64,000 bases of DNA. Origin: Thecamonas trahens ATCC 50062. Its lineage: Eukaryota > Protista > Apusomonadida. The stretch covers positions 47,567 through 111,566 of the forward strand of contig NW_013657617.1 of NCBI RefSeq assembly GCF_000142905.1, written 5' to 3'. Under the pieces are notes generated by a model. It saw nothing but the letters and a program-made list of their open reading frames with translations. It ran no database searches and was not told where the DNA came from. The position numbers and the translations under genes were made by a program. Below, piece by piece: positions 12,001 through 25,428 of this stretch. Position 1 is the first letter of the stretch; the number at the start of each line of letters is the position of its first letter.

Positions 12001-15000
12001 CGCTTCCTCCCCTCGGACCGCAACCTGCTCCTCTCATCCGGCGTGATGGCCACGCTGTGGCACCTTGCTACTGCACCGGCTCCGGCGTCTACGCTCTCAC
12101 ACGCCGCGGCCGCTGCCGGAGCGGCGGCCGAGTCGGAGCCGTCTGCTCCCGCAAGCGACGGGCCGTTGCCCGACGCCGAGCTCGCGTCTGTGCTCGAGCC
12201 AGTCTTTGGCCTCGCTGCGGCGCTCTCGCTTCGCTCCGCGGCGCGCACCATGTTCAAGACTCTGGCCGCAACTTGCATTGCCGAGCCGTCGTCAGCCCGC
12301 CTCGCCGACACGCATCCGTTCGAGGCCACATCCATCCTTGCCGCGCTCCGCACTGTTGTTCTCGACACCATCTTTGACGACCTTCGCGACGGGCTCACCT
12401 CGGGCCTTTGCGCCGGCCTCGACGACGCCTTTCTCGACCTCAACTTGCCGTTTGGTGCCGATGTCGTGGCAGCGGCGATTGCCAAGTCATCCGGTACCAC
12501 CTCGCCGTGGTCGCCCTGAAGGGCAAGCCGACTGCTGCTGCGTCTACAGCCGATGGCGATGTGAGCACTACCAGCGTTCGGACCGTCCTCGCCAAGGTCT
12601 TCCAAGGCCTTGGGGTGCCAAGCGGCGTTTACGACGACATTCTTCACGGCCACACGCCGTCGTCGCTCCTCGGCACGCTTTATGCTGCTGCCAAGTCGCC
12701 GCTCCTCCACGCCTACCTCCTCGATGCACCGGACAAGTTCCGGGTTGTCCTTGACGTGCTGGTGGCACCGGCGGCTTCACCGGCGACCCGACAAGCCATC
12801 TTCCGCACACTTCGTGCCATGCTCCCGTGCATGGCGCCAGACGCGCTGGCGTCTGCAGGCCTCGACATTGTTCCGTTCCTTGTTGCCCGCATCGGCGCCG
12901 TCGTGGACAAATTTATCGTCTCGTCGTCCAGCGACGTGGCCGAGTCGGCACCTGACGGAACTGTCGCCGATGGCGACGGCGACGCCGACGGCGATGCTGC
13001 TGCAGCCGGCGCTGGAGCAAGCAACGACGACGATGCTGACAAGAATCTCATTCTTGAAGTGGTCATGCTTCTGCGGACGCTTCTCAAGTCGAGCAGCTGG
13101 CGCAGTGCCATCCAGACGTTTATGTCGGGGGCGCTGGCGCAGGTGCCGACCCTCCTTACCGTTGCACCCTCGCCGGGCAACGTCGCCATCTGGTCGGCGC
13201 TGGCTGCGCTCTACACCATGGGCGGCATCTCGGACCGTGCACGGCCGGGCGGGCGAGTTGAGTTCCTCCGGCCGGATGCCACCCGGACGTCGACTGGCAT
13301 TGTCATCTCGATCGCCACCGCCGGCAACGTCAAGGAAGCGCGGGTGCTGGCGGACGAGGCGCTTGACGGGACACGGGCCTCGCTGAGCCCAGAGTCGTAC
13401 CCCGTCTCGGAGCTCACCATTCTTCCCGAGGTCTCTGTCGACCCGGGCCTCTTCCCGCTCACGTCGGAGCTTCTTCCGCTTTTTGGCCTCTTCCTCAGCG
13501 AGCCGCCTTCGCCGGCCTCGCTTACATACTACCAGTTCAAGTCGGCGGCGCTGCAAGTGCTTGGCGAGCTCCTCTCACACCCACCGTCGATTGCGCGTTT
13601 CCTGTCGGCCGGCATGGCGCCGCTGCTGGTCTCAGCCTCGCTCACGCACACCTCGCTGACCAAGGGCGTGGCGCTGCCGCTTGTCGAAGAGCGCGCGCTG
13701 TACCTGCAGCAGTTTATGCTGCCGTCGGCCTCGGGCCTTGGTGTGACGCTGACACTTTCGGACGGACAGGGTCCAAAGAAGAAGAAGACGCCAGAGCAGC
13801 TCATCGACGAGTTCCTCGCCAAGTCTGGCATGGCGCCGAAGGAGTACAACGACCTGCGCCAAACGTTTATCTCAGTCGACGTCGACGGCGACGGCTACAT
13901 CACCCGTTCCGACGTCCAAGCCTACCTCACACCGCTCTTTGGCTACGAGGTCGAGGGCCGCGAGCTTGAGGAGCAGTTTGGCCAGTTTGACCGCGCTCGC
14001 AAGGGCCGCGTCTCGCTCCTCGACTGGCTGCACTCGTCGTCGGGCCTTCCAGTCCCGCCCGACTCGGACGACGAGAGCGGCGGAGGCGGGTTTAGCTTTG
14101 GTGGCGGCAAAAAGGTGAAGCGCAAGCGACTGCATCTTCGGGTCGATCGACCGCTTGCGGTTGTCGGCTACATTGACGTCGCTAACGAGCTCAACGGGCT
14201 CGACCTTGAGGCGTGGACAGACACCGCGCTCGACTTGGTGCCTGCCGAGCCGCTCACCGCGCCGACCGACGGCCTCGAGAATGGCGCGGCGCTCGCCGGC
14301 CAGCTTGCGCTTATCTCCATCGATCCAGACCGCACGACCGAGGCTGAGCGCAAGGCGCAGATTGCTACCGCCCAGGCCGCCGGCGCCTTTGGCGTTGTCC
14401 TCATCTGTCCGAGCGACGACCTTCCGCCTGACAATCTCGGGCCCGACCTGGGCGCTGATGAGGCGATCAAGGCCGTGGCCGGCGGTGGCTTTGCCACGCC
14501 GCCGCAGAGCTCCGGCCAGCCGAGCGGTGGCTTCACATTTGGCTCATCCACCTTTGGTGGCTCGTCCAACGAGCCGGCCTCGCTTGTGGCCTCTCAGTCC
14601 AACGCGGGCCTCTTTGGCTCGAGCAACAGTGGCGCTCCAGCGAGTACCGACTGGAGCGCCGAGCCGGTCTCAGCTGGCTCGTGGGGTGCATCGGCAACAC
14701 CGGCTGCTGCTGTTGACGCGTCGTCAGGAAACAGCAACGGCGACGGGGCGACCGGTAGCTCGGGCGATGCAGACGCCAAGCCGAGTGCCAAGCCTGATGT
14801 CGATGCCGATGCCGTCGCCGACACCGACGCCGAGCCAGTTGTTGCCATCACCATTCCGGTCCTCTACGTCTCGGCGTCGGACGGCGCACGGCTACTGGCG
14901 GCACTCTCGGACGAGGCTGACAAGGCGGCGGCCGATGCTACCGAGGCGGCGTCGAGCGCTGATGCGACTGCAGCAGCCACACCCGCGCCCAAGGACGCGC

Positions 15001-18000
15001 TCCGAGCGGCGGCTGTCGCTGAGCTCGAGGCGCTTGGCTTCCCGCCGGTGCAGGTTGCCAAGCACCTTGCCGCAGCCGAGGGCAACGTCTCTGAGGCTGC
15101 GGCATCGCTCTTTCTCATCAAGCACGCCGGAGCCGAGTCGGAGAACGAGGTGCTGGCGTACGCCTCTCTCGTCGCTGCTGCTCGTGGCGATGCGAGCTCC
15201 GCGGCGACGGGTGCCGGCGAGTCAGTCAAGGCAACTGACGGCACAGACGCCGCCGACGGTGCGGACGCGGCACTGGCTGCGGCCGACAAGCAGCCGAAGA
15301 AGAAGGGCACCAAGCACAAGAAGCACAACAAGCGCGGGTGGCGCAACAAGCGCCAGCGCAAGACGTCCGACAAGGAAGCCGGTGAAGGCAAGGGCAAGTC
15401 GGGCAAGGGTGCCAAGGGTGGCAAGACCAAGGCCAAGGACAAGTCGGGCAGTAACGAGAAGGACGGCAAGGCCAAGGATAGCTCTGCCTCTGGCAACGAC
15501 GAAATGGCAGTTGGCGACCTGTTTGGCGAGAAGAAGAGCGGTGGATCGGCCAAGCTGCCTGCCGGTGACGAGGGCGTGACCCGGGCAGTGTACTACGACC
15601 TCGACGCTGCAGGCATAGCCGGCGCGCGGACGACGGCCGTCGAGACCGAGGTGCTCTGGCCTTCGATGGAGGGCGTGGACGACGTGTCTTTGGTGGTGAC
15701 GGACATGCAGGCCGCCCTCTGTACACTCTACACCCGCAAGGCTGTCCACGCGCTCCTTGCTGAGGCTGCGTCTGCGCCACAGCAGGCGCTGTCGGAGCTG
15801 ATGGGCTCTGACCCGACCAAGCTGGTGGACTTTCTCTCCCTCACGGCGTCGTCGCTGGCCAACGATCCGTCTGCGGTGGCACCGTTTGGCGTCGACTCGC
15901 CGCTGACGCACCTGCGGCCAGCACTGATGGCTGGTGTTGTGGCTCCGGGCCCCGGCGGCGAGGCCCTCGGCACGTTGCTTGTTCGCTACGCGGTCGGGAC
16001 GCTGTACCGGGCGGAGCATCTCGACGACGGCCTTGGCGGCGGAGCCGGGCGAGTCTCGGCCTTTGCCTCGGTCCACCCCGCGGTCAACTCGTCGGCGTCG
16101 ATGGGGCCAACGCACGTGAGCGTGCCGGACGCAGCGAACATGCTGGTGACTTTTGATCCCCGATCGTGCACCGGCAACGCGGGCAACGAGCTTGTGTTCT
16201 ACAGCGACGCCTCGTGCGAGACTGCGGTGCACAAGTGCGGCGGGAGCAGCGCCGGCTTTGTCTCGTTTGTGGTTCCGGGCTCGGAGATGTGGTTCAAGTA
16301 CACCCAGACGATGGAGATTTCGGACGCGGCATCGTCGTGGGGCTGGCGGTTCATTGTCTCGCCGTCGGCGCTGCCGTCGAACGACGCGGCGCTCGACGCG
16401 TTCCCCAACGTTGAGCTGGCGTGCTGGGTTCTTGCCACACTGCTGGACGCGCTCGAGTCGAAGGCTGCTGGGGCAGCGCCCGAGCCGACGGCGGCCCTGG
16501 CGCGGCAGGTCTACAAGCCTTATGTGTTCTCTCTCCTTGTGTCTGCACTGAGCGTGACGGTGCTCAACCAGAAGATCCGGGTCCTCCGCCTCCTTACGTT
16601 CCTTCTGCGGTCGGCGCACCGGTTCGAGGCAGCCAGCGAGTTGCCACTGGACGAGTTGCGGGCGACGGTCCACGCGTCCATGAGCTCGCGGATGCGGTCA
16701 GAGACCGGCTCGCAGTTTTACTCGCAGTACCTGCAGAACCTCGCCGAGCTTGCAGTTGCACTCGACTCGGTCGAGGCGAGCGTGGCCGCGAGTGCCGAGG
16801 CTAGCGCCGACGGCAGCGCCGCAAAGAGCAAGGGCAAGGAGGAGAGCCAAGACAATGGCGCAAGTGTGAGCGCAGCTCCGGCACCGGCACCGGCCGATAC
16901 AGAGCTGGAGTGGTTCGGCAAGTTCAAGACATTTGTGTCGCTTCTGGAGTCGTTGCGCGAGCGCAAGACCGGGTTCGACAGCTCAGTCCTTGCCGACGCA
17001 ACGGCGTCGTACTGCGCCATGCTCCGCAAGGCCGGCCCACTCAACTACGAAGTGGTGTCGACTTCGGGCGGGACGGCCAAGAGTGGGACCGGGGAAGTGG
17101 GCAACATGCTCATCGACGACGGGAGCGTGTATGCGGCAGAGAAGTCGACCAACGTCGACGTGGTGCTCAAGTATGCCGGAACGGCGCCCGAGGCCGGGGC
17201 GGTGGTCACTGCGCTGCGTATGAAGACGCCGAGCTACCCGAATCGCGGGCCAGTGCAGGATGTGTTGGTGTGGGTCATGAGCGAGGAGCCGGACCTCGAG
17301 GTTCTGGCCAAGTACAACGACGCGACCAACGACGTGTTTGCGACGGCAAGCACCACAGCTGCATCGCTGGCGTCAAGCAACGCGCCGCGTGACGAGACGC
17401 TGCCTGTGGCGATGCTCTCGCTGTACTCGTGCGACGCAGACACGGGCGAGATGGCGGTGGCCAAGGCCGGCGGCAGTGACGAGCTGCCTGCAGGCAAGTA
17501 CGTGGTGGTCAAGCTCATTCGGCCATCGGCGGGAAGCAGCGTGGACATTGCGTTCTTTGGCGTGTCGGGCTATCCCGCCGGCGACGGAAGCAGCTCGCCG
17601 CTGGGCGAGTCTGTCGACGAGGCGTCGTGGAACCACTGCCCGACAGAGGGCGAGGAAGTGTGGAGCCGGGCGGCGGACGAGGCACTTGTTGCACTGGTCA
17701 ACGCGCTGTGCACGCGTGAGTCTGTGGCGCCCGCGGCGCTCCCGCTGGCGTCTGTGACGTATGAAGCAGACCGTGACGAGCTGTATGCTGGCGCGCTGGG
17801 CGGAGTGCCGAGCGACGCGCTTCAGGCGCGATTTGTGGTCCTCCGCTACGTCAACACGCTCTTTGCCGAGTGGGGCAAGCTGGTGGACTTGTCTGCAGTG
17901 GAGAACCGGGTGTCGCTGGCGGCACTGGTGGGCGATCTCCGGCCGCTGCTGTTCTTTGGCACCAAGAACACCCTCTTGCGGTCTGTCCTCTCGGCGACAG

Positions 18001-19268
18001 CGCACTACACACAGGCACGGATCCAGGTTGATCGGCTCGCGGCCAAGCAGGCTGTGACGGCAGAAGAAAAGGCCGAGCACTGCGTGTTTGTGCAGGCTGC
18101 GGCGCAGCTGAACAAGCAAAACCCGCGTGTACTCCGGGCTATGGACGGACAAGCATTCTACGTCCAGTTCCTCCGCGAAGGTGCCAACGATTCGGGTGGG
18201 CCGTACCGTGAGCTCATCACCGACGCGGTGGCAGAGATCATGTCTGACGATCTGCCGCTGTTCATCCGGTCGCCCAACGCGGTGGGCACCATCGGGTCGA
18301 ACCGCGACAAGTACCTGCTCAACCCGTCGGCGTCGAGCGCGGCGCAGCTCGAGCTTTTCCGATTCTTCGGCAAGCTGCTTGGGGTGGCGATTCGGACGCG
18401 GTTTGCGTTGGATCTGCACCTCCCGCGGAGCTTCTTTGCAACGCTTGTGGGCGCGCCTGTCGGGGTGTGGGACCTGCGGGCGGTGGACGAGGCTGTGGTC
18501 AACTCGCTCACGGCCATCCGCGACTTTACCGAGGTGTGGGGCATCGAGCCCGAGGCGTTTGAAGAGTACGTCATGGACGACTTTACCACGCTGCTCTCGG
18601 ACGGGTCGCGGGTGGAGCTGTGCCCCGGCGGGGCGGAGAAGCGGGTGACGTACGAGAACCGGCTCGAGTTTGTGGACCTTGTGCTCGAGGCGCGACTGCA
18701 CGAGGCCGACACGCAGATGCGTGCGGTAGAGGAGGGCCTCGGTTCGATCGTGCCCCTGGAGATGCTGCCGCTGTTTACGCCGTCAGAGTTGGAGACGATG
18801 ATCTGCGGAACGGCAGCGGTGGACGTGGCGCTGCTCAAGGCCAACACCATGTATTCCAAGGGAGTGTCTGCCGACTCGCCGCACGTGGTTCTGTTCTGGC
18901 AGGTGATGGAGAACGAGTTTAGCGACGCCGAGCGGCGGCTCTTCCTCCGCTTTGTCTGGGGCCGCTCGCGCCTCCCGTCGTCGTCGGCGGCGTTTGACGA
19001 AAAGTTCAAGATCCAGGCCTTTGTGCTCGACGATGGCGACGACGCCGACCGGCACCTCCCGCAGTCGCACACCTGCTTCTTCTCGATCAACCTCCCGCCG
19101 TACTCGACGGCAGCGGTGATGGCGCAGCGGATCCGGTACGCCATGACCAATTGCCGTGCCATTGACACCGACTTTCTGCCTGCACCTCCAGCAGCGTCGT
19201 CGTCGGCGGGCGCGAGCACTGGCGGCGGCATCGGCGGCGGCGAGTACGAGTACGACTCGGACTACTGA
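6058..19268 (+). CDS. Giant HECT E3 ubiquitin ligase (~4,340 aa; HECTD4/MYCBP2-like modules); exon 1 6058-6117, exon 2 6301-19268 with a frameshift at ~12485
   Basis: C-terminal HECT domain (EGANDSGGPYRE, FLRFVWGRSRLP, catalytic LPQSHTCFFSINLPPY). Also TDGTYLYIH..GLAKIGTG (MYCBP2/HECTD4-like), a SAM-like segment, two ESxHP-type CUB-like domains, EF-hands, PA and UBA. Codon bias switches frame at gcc-aa-gtc (~12485). Confidence 0.88.
6118..6300 (+). other. Phase-0 spliceosomal intron of the HECT gene (contains a 100-N gap, 6164-6263)
   Basis: Donor caa|GTACGC, branch-like CTCAC, acceptor ttcgcacAG|gac. True length unknown because of the gap. Confidence 0.8.
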
Positions 19269-19318
19269 ATGCTGCACCGGCGAGCGTTTTAGATGTAAAC
19301 AAAGTCGCGGCGCTCACA

Positions 19319-22300
19319 CTACACAGTGAGCTCGTAAGAGGAGGAGCCCGAGGGAATGAGCAGCTGGTTGTCCAGCATGTGCTGGAGGGCAACTGTGCCA
19401 TCGGCGGCAACGGTGGCGTGGATGAGCCAGTCTTTGACGGCCGAGTGCGAGATGCGGGCAGGAGTGGGTGGCGGGGGGAAGAGGCTTGCGTTGCGCGCGG
19501 CAGCAATGATGGTGAGGCTGTCGACGAGGATCCAGGTCGAGGCGCCGGGCGAGCGCGGACGCGGGGCGTCGGCGTCGACGGAGCCGACGGCGAGGAACAT
19601 ATTCTCGTCGACGCGCAAGCGCGCGGCGGCTTGTCGTGCGCAGTCTGCGACGGCGGCGGCAACAAGGACAGCTGCGCGGCGGGTGCACCACTCGACCGGG
19701 TCGTCGCGGTCAGCAGCGGAGATGTAGTCGGCGGCGAGAGCAGCGGTGGCGGCGACAGCACAGCCACGCGAGGGGAATCCCTCCATGGCGTGCTCGATGC
19801 CGGACCGGCGCGTGCCAAGGATGCGGACCGGATCAGTGGCAAGGTCGAGGCCGGCAAGGCGCCAGATGAGTCCACTGAGGACGGTAAGGGCGAGCGAGCC
19901 CGGGCACGAGGCGTGGGCAAGGAGCGACGCCCGCACAGACATGTACGACGCACGCACGCGCTCAAGCGTGGCAATGACCATCAGCATGTGCAGCGCGCCG
20001 TCGACCGACGAAGGGGAGAGATCGAGGTCGTAAAGTGCGAGACAGGCGACCCATGCAGCACGCCGGTGGCCGGCGACAAGCAGAGCACGAGCGTGGACAA
20101 GCCAAGCGCTACCGTAGACGACTGGCCCGGCAGGCGCAGCACCAGCGCGGATGAGAGGCCTGATGATGGCGAGGGCGGCGGCGGGATTGTTGGCGGCGAG
20201 GGCGGCGGTGGCACGGGTAACTGCGACGGGCCCCGTCGGGCGCAGCGAGGCCAGCCAACGGAGGGCCAGCTTGGGCGCGTCGGCACGGGCAAGAAGAACG
20301 CGAGCGACGACATGATGCGGATGGACAGACTGCGGCAAGGGGTCGGAGGCGACAGCGGCGGCAATGTCGTACGGGGCGACACGGACGCCGGCGATGAGGG
20401 TGAGGCGGGTCTCAAGAGCGGCGTGCCGAGCGGGCGGAAAGTGAAAGGCGGCAAGGAGGCTGAGGACAGCGGCGATGGCGCGGTGTGAGGTGGCGTCGGA
20501 CCCGATAGCACCGTCTTCGAGCTCCTCAAGACAGGCTGTGGCGTAGTCAGCGATGGCGTTAGCACAGGTGGTGTTGTCGCCGGGGTACACGGGCGGCGGA
20601 TCGAGGAACGACTCGGCAAAGGTGGGGATGGCCGGCGAGTAGCGCGACGAGGCGATGGCGGCCTGGGCACGGAGCATGGGGGTAAGGACCGGAGGGGCCG
20701 ACGGTGGGCGGATGCGATCGAGGAGCCACAGGCGCTCGCGGGCGTAGGCCGGGCTGCGTGTGGCGCGGGAGGCACAGAGAGCGGCAAGAAGGTCAAGGAG
20801 GAGGGCGATGTCCCAGGCGCGGCGGGCGTAGGGAAGGACAGCAAGCGGGTGGGCGACGCGCGGATCGCCAGCGGCGGCCATAGCGCGGCCGATGTGGTAG
20901 GCCATACACTCGGCATGCGAGAGCGGAGTCGTGGCGTAGACGGCTGACCACTCGACGGCATGAGCAAAGGCAACAGCGCGAGCGGCGCGGACGGCGACGA
21001 GCACGCCCGCGGCGATGGCGCCGTCAAGCAGGGCGCTGAAGGACGCACGAGCAAAAGAGATCGTGGAGAAGGGCGGGGCGGCCGAAGCGGCAACAGCCTT
21101 GAAGGCTGCGACGAGGACGGTGAGTGGCGCGCGCCGGCCAACAGCCGCCACCAGCTGCAGAAAGTGGGCGGTGCCCAGAGAGTCAGCCGGCGATCCGTCG
21201 ACAAAGGCCACCCGCTGATGGATGGCCCGAACAACTCGCGCCGCGCATCCATCGCTCGGCGCGTGCTGCATGCTGCGTACGCTCGAGGCTCTCGCCAGTC
21301 TGGCGGGAGGCTCGGGCGTCGGCGGACGTTCAGGAGGCGCTGGATGGTGGGGCGCAAACTCGGGCGCCGACATCATGGTCGCCTCGCTGCCCGAGCACGA
21401 GCTGGAAGTGGCGGCGGCCGGCGCAACCTTGCGGGTCGCGCGGCCGGTGTGGGATACGCGGCGTGATGGCGGGAGCGGCGGGAGCTGGAGCCGGGCCGGG
21501 TCTGTGGGGGGCTGCGAGCTGGGCTCGGGCTCGGGCTCGGCGCGGTGCGCGCGCGCCGAGGCACCGACGGTGGAGCCCGACATCATCATCTGCCCGCGGA
21601 CAGGAAATGAGAGTCTGCGACACGAGAGCTGAGCCGGCGATGGCGAGGGGAGCGGCGGCATGTCGTGGCTATTGAGTGGTGAGACGTTAGGGCACCTTGG
21701 GCGGGACTGGGCCGGCTTGGGTGCTGTCGAAGGAGCAGGAGAGGACGGCAGCGAGACTGTGCTAAGGCCTGGCGGCGGATGATGGGTGGATGTGGAGGCG
21801 GATGAGGCCTGGAGTGTGAGCGATAGTTGCGAGGCCGGGATGCGCCGCCCACTGTGCGATTCGTCGTGGGATGAGTCTGTGGCAGTGCGACCAAGGGTGT
21901 CGTAGGTGAGGGCGATGCGTGAGCCCGAGTACGAGGTCGGCTGCATGCTATCGGGGTCGTCGGACGAGACGCCTGACCCGCGCATGCCCATGGCCCACAA
22001 GGCCGAGTGGATCGAAGAGCCACAGGAGAAGCCGGCGCCTGTGGGCGAGACCGGCGGCGAGTCGACGGAGGCGGCGGCCGAGGGGCGATGGCTGGGATGG
22101 GGAGGTTGTCGAGGGTGAGCGTGAGTGAGGAGAGCGAGGCGTCGCGCTTGGCGCCGAGATCAGCGTGGAGACACATCGGGCAGATGCCTGCAGCGGCCTG
22201 GCCCAGGACGGCGCGCATGGGCAGACCACCAACATCCGTCGCGGCCTGCGGGCAAGTGTAGAGCCGAACGGCGTAGACGCCATCGAGCGTCTCGGCGCCG

Positions 22301-25029
22301 GGCACCGTCGACGCGTACAGCATGTCGGTGATGCCTGCGGCGCCCCAGGGACCGAGCTCGGGATCGAGGACTGGCCCAGGCTCCTCAGCGGTGGTGTGCG
22401 CTACTACGAGGAGACCCGAGACATGGGCGGTGACAACGTGCCGGAGGATGGCGTGGCTCGCCGGATCGATGGCCGCATACTGCTCGACCATCAGTGCGGT
22501 GGTGACCGGGTGGGTGCGACGGGTGCGGGCGGCAAGCCAGGCGCACAGTGCACGGGCGACCAGCGAGGCCACGTCGTCGGCGGCCCCCAGCAGCGGCGCG
22601 TCGTTGATGAGGCCTGGCGCAGCAGCGGCGATAGTGCCGACCGACGACGGCGATCTAACTATGCTGGACTGCATCGAGCGGGTTGAGGCAAAGGAGTTGA
22701 CTCGAGGATGCAGGGTCGGCTCCATCCATGGCCGCCGCAGAGCCAGGGCCATCGCCAACAGCGAATTTGCGGGCGAGATCCTGCTTGGACCACGAATGAC
22801 GTCGGCGAGGATGGCTGTGTGGGCCTTGTCGAGCTCAAGCGCGGCTGCGTCGGCGATAAAGGCATTGACGACGGCTACCGGCGCGGTTGAGGCCTTTTGG
22901 AGCGGATCGCCGCCATAGAGCACCCACAGTAGGCGCTGCACTGTGTGAGGAAAGGCAGGATAGGCGGCAGCAGCTGAGGTGTGGATAGACGGCGTCACAG
23001 CAGCGAGGATGACGGCGGAAGGCTCTGATCCGGAGGGATGGACGGGTGCAAGCTGCGATGCCGCGCGCAGCTGGCGACGGAGATGGAAGAGCAGCAGAGG
23101 GATGGCATCGCTCGAGGGCGCGTGCTGGTCGGCAGTCGCCACAGTGATGACTGCGGACGGCCCTCTGAGACGGCGCGGAGAGCGAGCTCGAGGTGAATGG
23201 CACAGACGGCGGAAGGCACGCCGATGGCGGCGCGCCATGCGGCGATGAGGGCAACAACGCTCTCGCTTGGCAGCGCTCGGCCGTGAGCGAGGCCACGAAA
23301 GACTGCCGCAGCGGCGTCAAACTCTTTGTGGACAAGGTAAAGATGGGTAGCGTAGCGGGCGCGGATGAGTGGATAGCGGATGAGCCGGCTCAAGCGCAGG
23401 TTGCGGATGACATCAACGCCAACCCGACCGAGGATGGGTGCCAACCGGCGATCGATGACGAGAGCAGCGATGGGCGCTGGGCTGTGCGAGGCGAGGGCAC
23501 AGAGAGTGCCGGCGACGAGACCGGGAAGCAACGAGCAGAGAGCTAGGATGCGAGGAGCACCCGGCGCAATGGCCAGGGCGTGACATTCTCGCAACCTTGC
23601 GCCGGAACTCCGCACTCCATGCGGCGATGAGGGCAACAACGCTCTCGCTTGGCAGCGCTCGGCCGTGAGCGAGGCCACGAAAGACTGCCGCAGCGGCGTC
23701 AAACTCTTTGTGGACAAGGTAAAGATGGGTAGCGTAGCGGGCGCGGATGAGTGGATAGCGGATGAGCCGGCTCAAGCGCAGGTTGCGGATGACATCAACG
23801 CCAACCCGACCGAGGATGGGTGCCAACCGGCGATCGATGACGAAAGCAGCGATGGGCGCTGGGCTGTGCAAGGAGAGGGCACAGAGAGTGCCGGCGACAA
23901 GACCGGGAAGCAACGAGCAGAGAGCTAGGATGCGAGGAGCACCCGGCGCAATGGCCAGGGCGAGCGCGGCGGTGCTGATGCTGGCGTAGCAGGCCGAGGT
24001 GAGGATGTCGACCCGGCGGCGGCAAGACGGCGCGAGGCGCGCATGGGCAATGGCAGTGGCCGCAGCAGTAACAGCAACAGTGGCGGCGGCAGAGACAGAC
24101 GAGCACAGCTCCATGACGACGACGACAGCGACGGCAGCGAGAACGCGGGCGATAACAGCGCAGCCACCGGTGATGGCAGCAAAGACACCCGGAGCAAGCT
24201 CATCGGTGGCGTAGGTGTCGACGTGAAAGGCAGTAATGATGCCAAGGGCCAGGTGTGCAGCGATAGCGAGACCAAAGACGGGAGCTAGGCCACCAGCGCT
24301 AGAGCTGGCGCCTGCTACACACAGTGCCAGAACCGGGAGGAAGAGCGGGCCGTAGATGACAGCGCCGGAGAGGCGGAGGATCGCAACGAGCACAGCAGGC
24401 GGCCCAGTTGGGCGGCATGCCACTGCAACGGCAACAGCCATGGCTACCATCAGCGGCAGGACCGTGGTGGCCAAAGCGGTCGGGACGATGGCAAGCGGGA
24501 CGGTATGGAGGGCATCGCAGAGGCAATGCGGCGTAAACGCCAGAGCGATGAAGAGGGCAGCATCGACGAGGCGAGTCAGAAGGCCAAGGATGGCGGTACC
24601 CGGAAGTGGACTATCAACGAGCGCAATGATTGTGCCGTGAAAGGCCCGCGAGAGCGGTGCGGATGAGTGGGGGAGTATCTTGCTGCGCGACATGACACCT
24701 TGGATCTCGGCCGGCTCGCAGCGATCGCGTAACAGCCACATCATGTGGCTGCGCGGAGTGCGCACAGGCGGAGCCTCCGGCGGACGAGGGTCAGCGACAA
24801 ATGCGTGTGAAGATGATGATGACGACAACGACGACGATGACGGAGCCCTAGTTGGCGACGAGGGTGCGGGCGGGAGGGAGACGCCCGAGTCGGTCGATTC
24901 GGTCGAGGTCGTACTGGCGCCGTCCGAACAGCGCGCAGACGAGTGGGACGCCATACGAGATGTTTGCGACGAGAGATGGAAGAACGACGATGATGACGAG
25001 GAAGCAGTAGCATTTGGCGGAGCGGGCAT
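19319..25029 (-). CDS. Large hypothetical protein: N-terminal multi-TM region and Ala-rich helical/TPR-like C-terminus; interrupted by a 346-bp duplication and frameshifts at ~23162 and ~22083
   Basis: Coding-like codon usage runs across ORFs 23413..28110 (part 3' of the gap), 22995..23717, 21586..23238 and 19319..22000. Hydrophobic segments at ~23850-24600. Start and gene unity are uncertain. Confidence 0.5.
23235..23962. repeat. Tandem duplication of 346 bp (23235-23580 and 23617-23962) with a 36-bp spacer
   Basis: Direct comparison of the copies shows about 4 substitutions (e.g. gacgagagc/gacgaaagc, tgcgaggcg/tgcaaggag, gacgagacc/gacaagacc). Period is 382 bp. Confidence 0.92.
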
Positions 25030-25286
25030 CTGCGCTGAGCGAGAGAACGAGCGCGAGAGCCGCCGAAGACGCCCTTGCTGTTGACTTCGTCTGGGCGAGG
25101 CTGGAAAGTCTCGCGGCGCGGTCGGAGCGGCGACGCCAGGGTGTGCCGTCGTCAGCAAGAGGCGATGGTTGATATCGATAGGGCCGTTGTTCACAATGGC
25201 TGGCACGATGGGGTCTGCCGGCCCGTGGCCTCTTGTGGGCGGTCTCTCCGGAGCCGCTGTTTCTGAACCGCGGCGACGTTTTTGGT

Positions 25287-25428
25287 CATGATGATGGGAC
25301 GAAAGTGATGATGGTGATGACGATGACGAAGGTGATGACGATGGTGATAACGATGAGAATGATGATGATAGTGATGATGACGATGACGACGATGATGATA
25401 ACGATGATGACGATTGATGATGATGATG
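25287..25428. repeat. Degenerate (GAT/GAC)n trinucleotide tract
   Basis: Runs of gatgatgat/gacgatgac next to AT-richer, non-coding-looking sequence. Confidence 0.8.

Noticed and set aside
12517-12519. Selenocysteine or stop readthrough at the TGA ending ORF 5914..12519
   Set aside because: Downstream coding sequence is in a different frame, so a frameshift rather than readthrough is needed.
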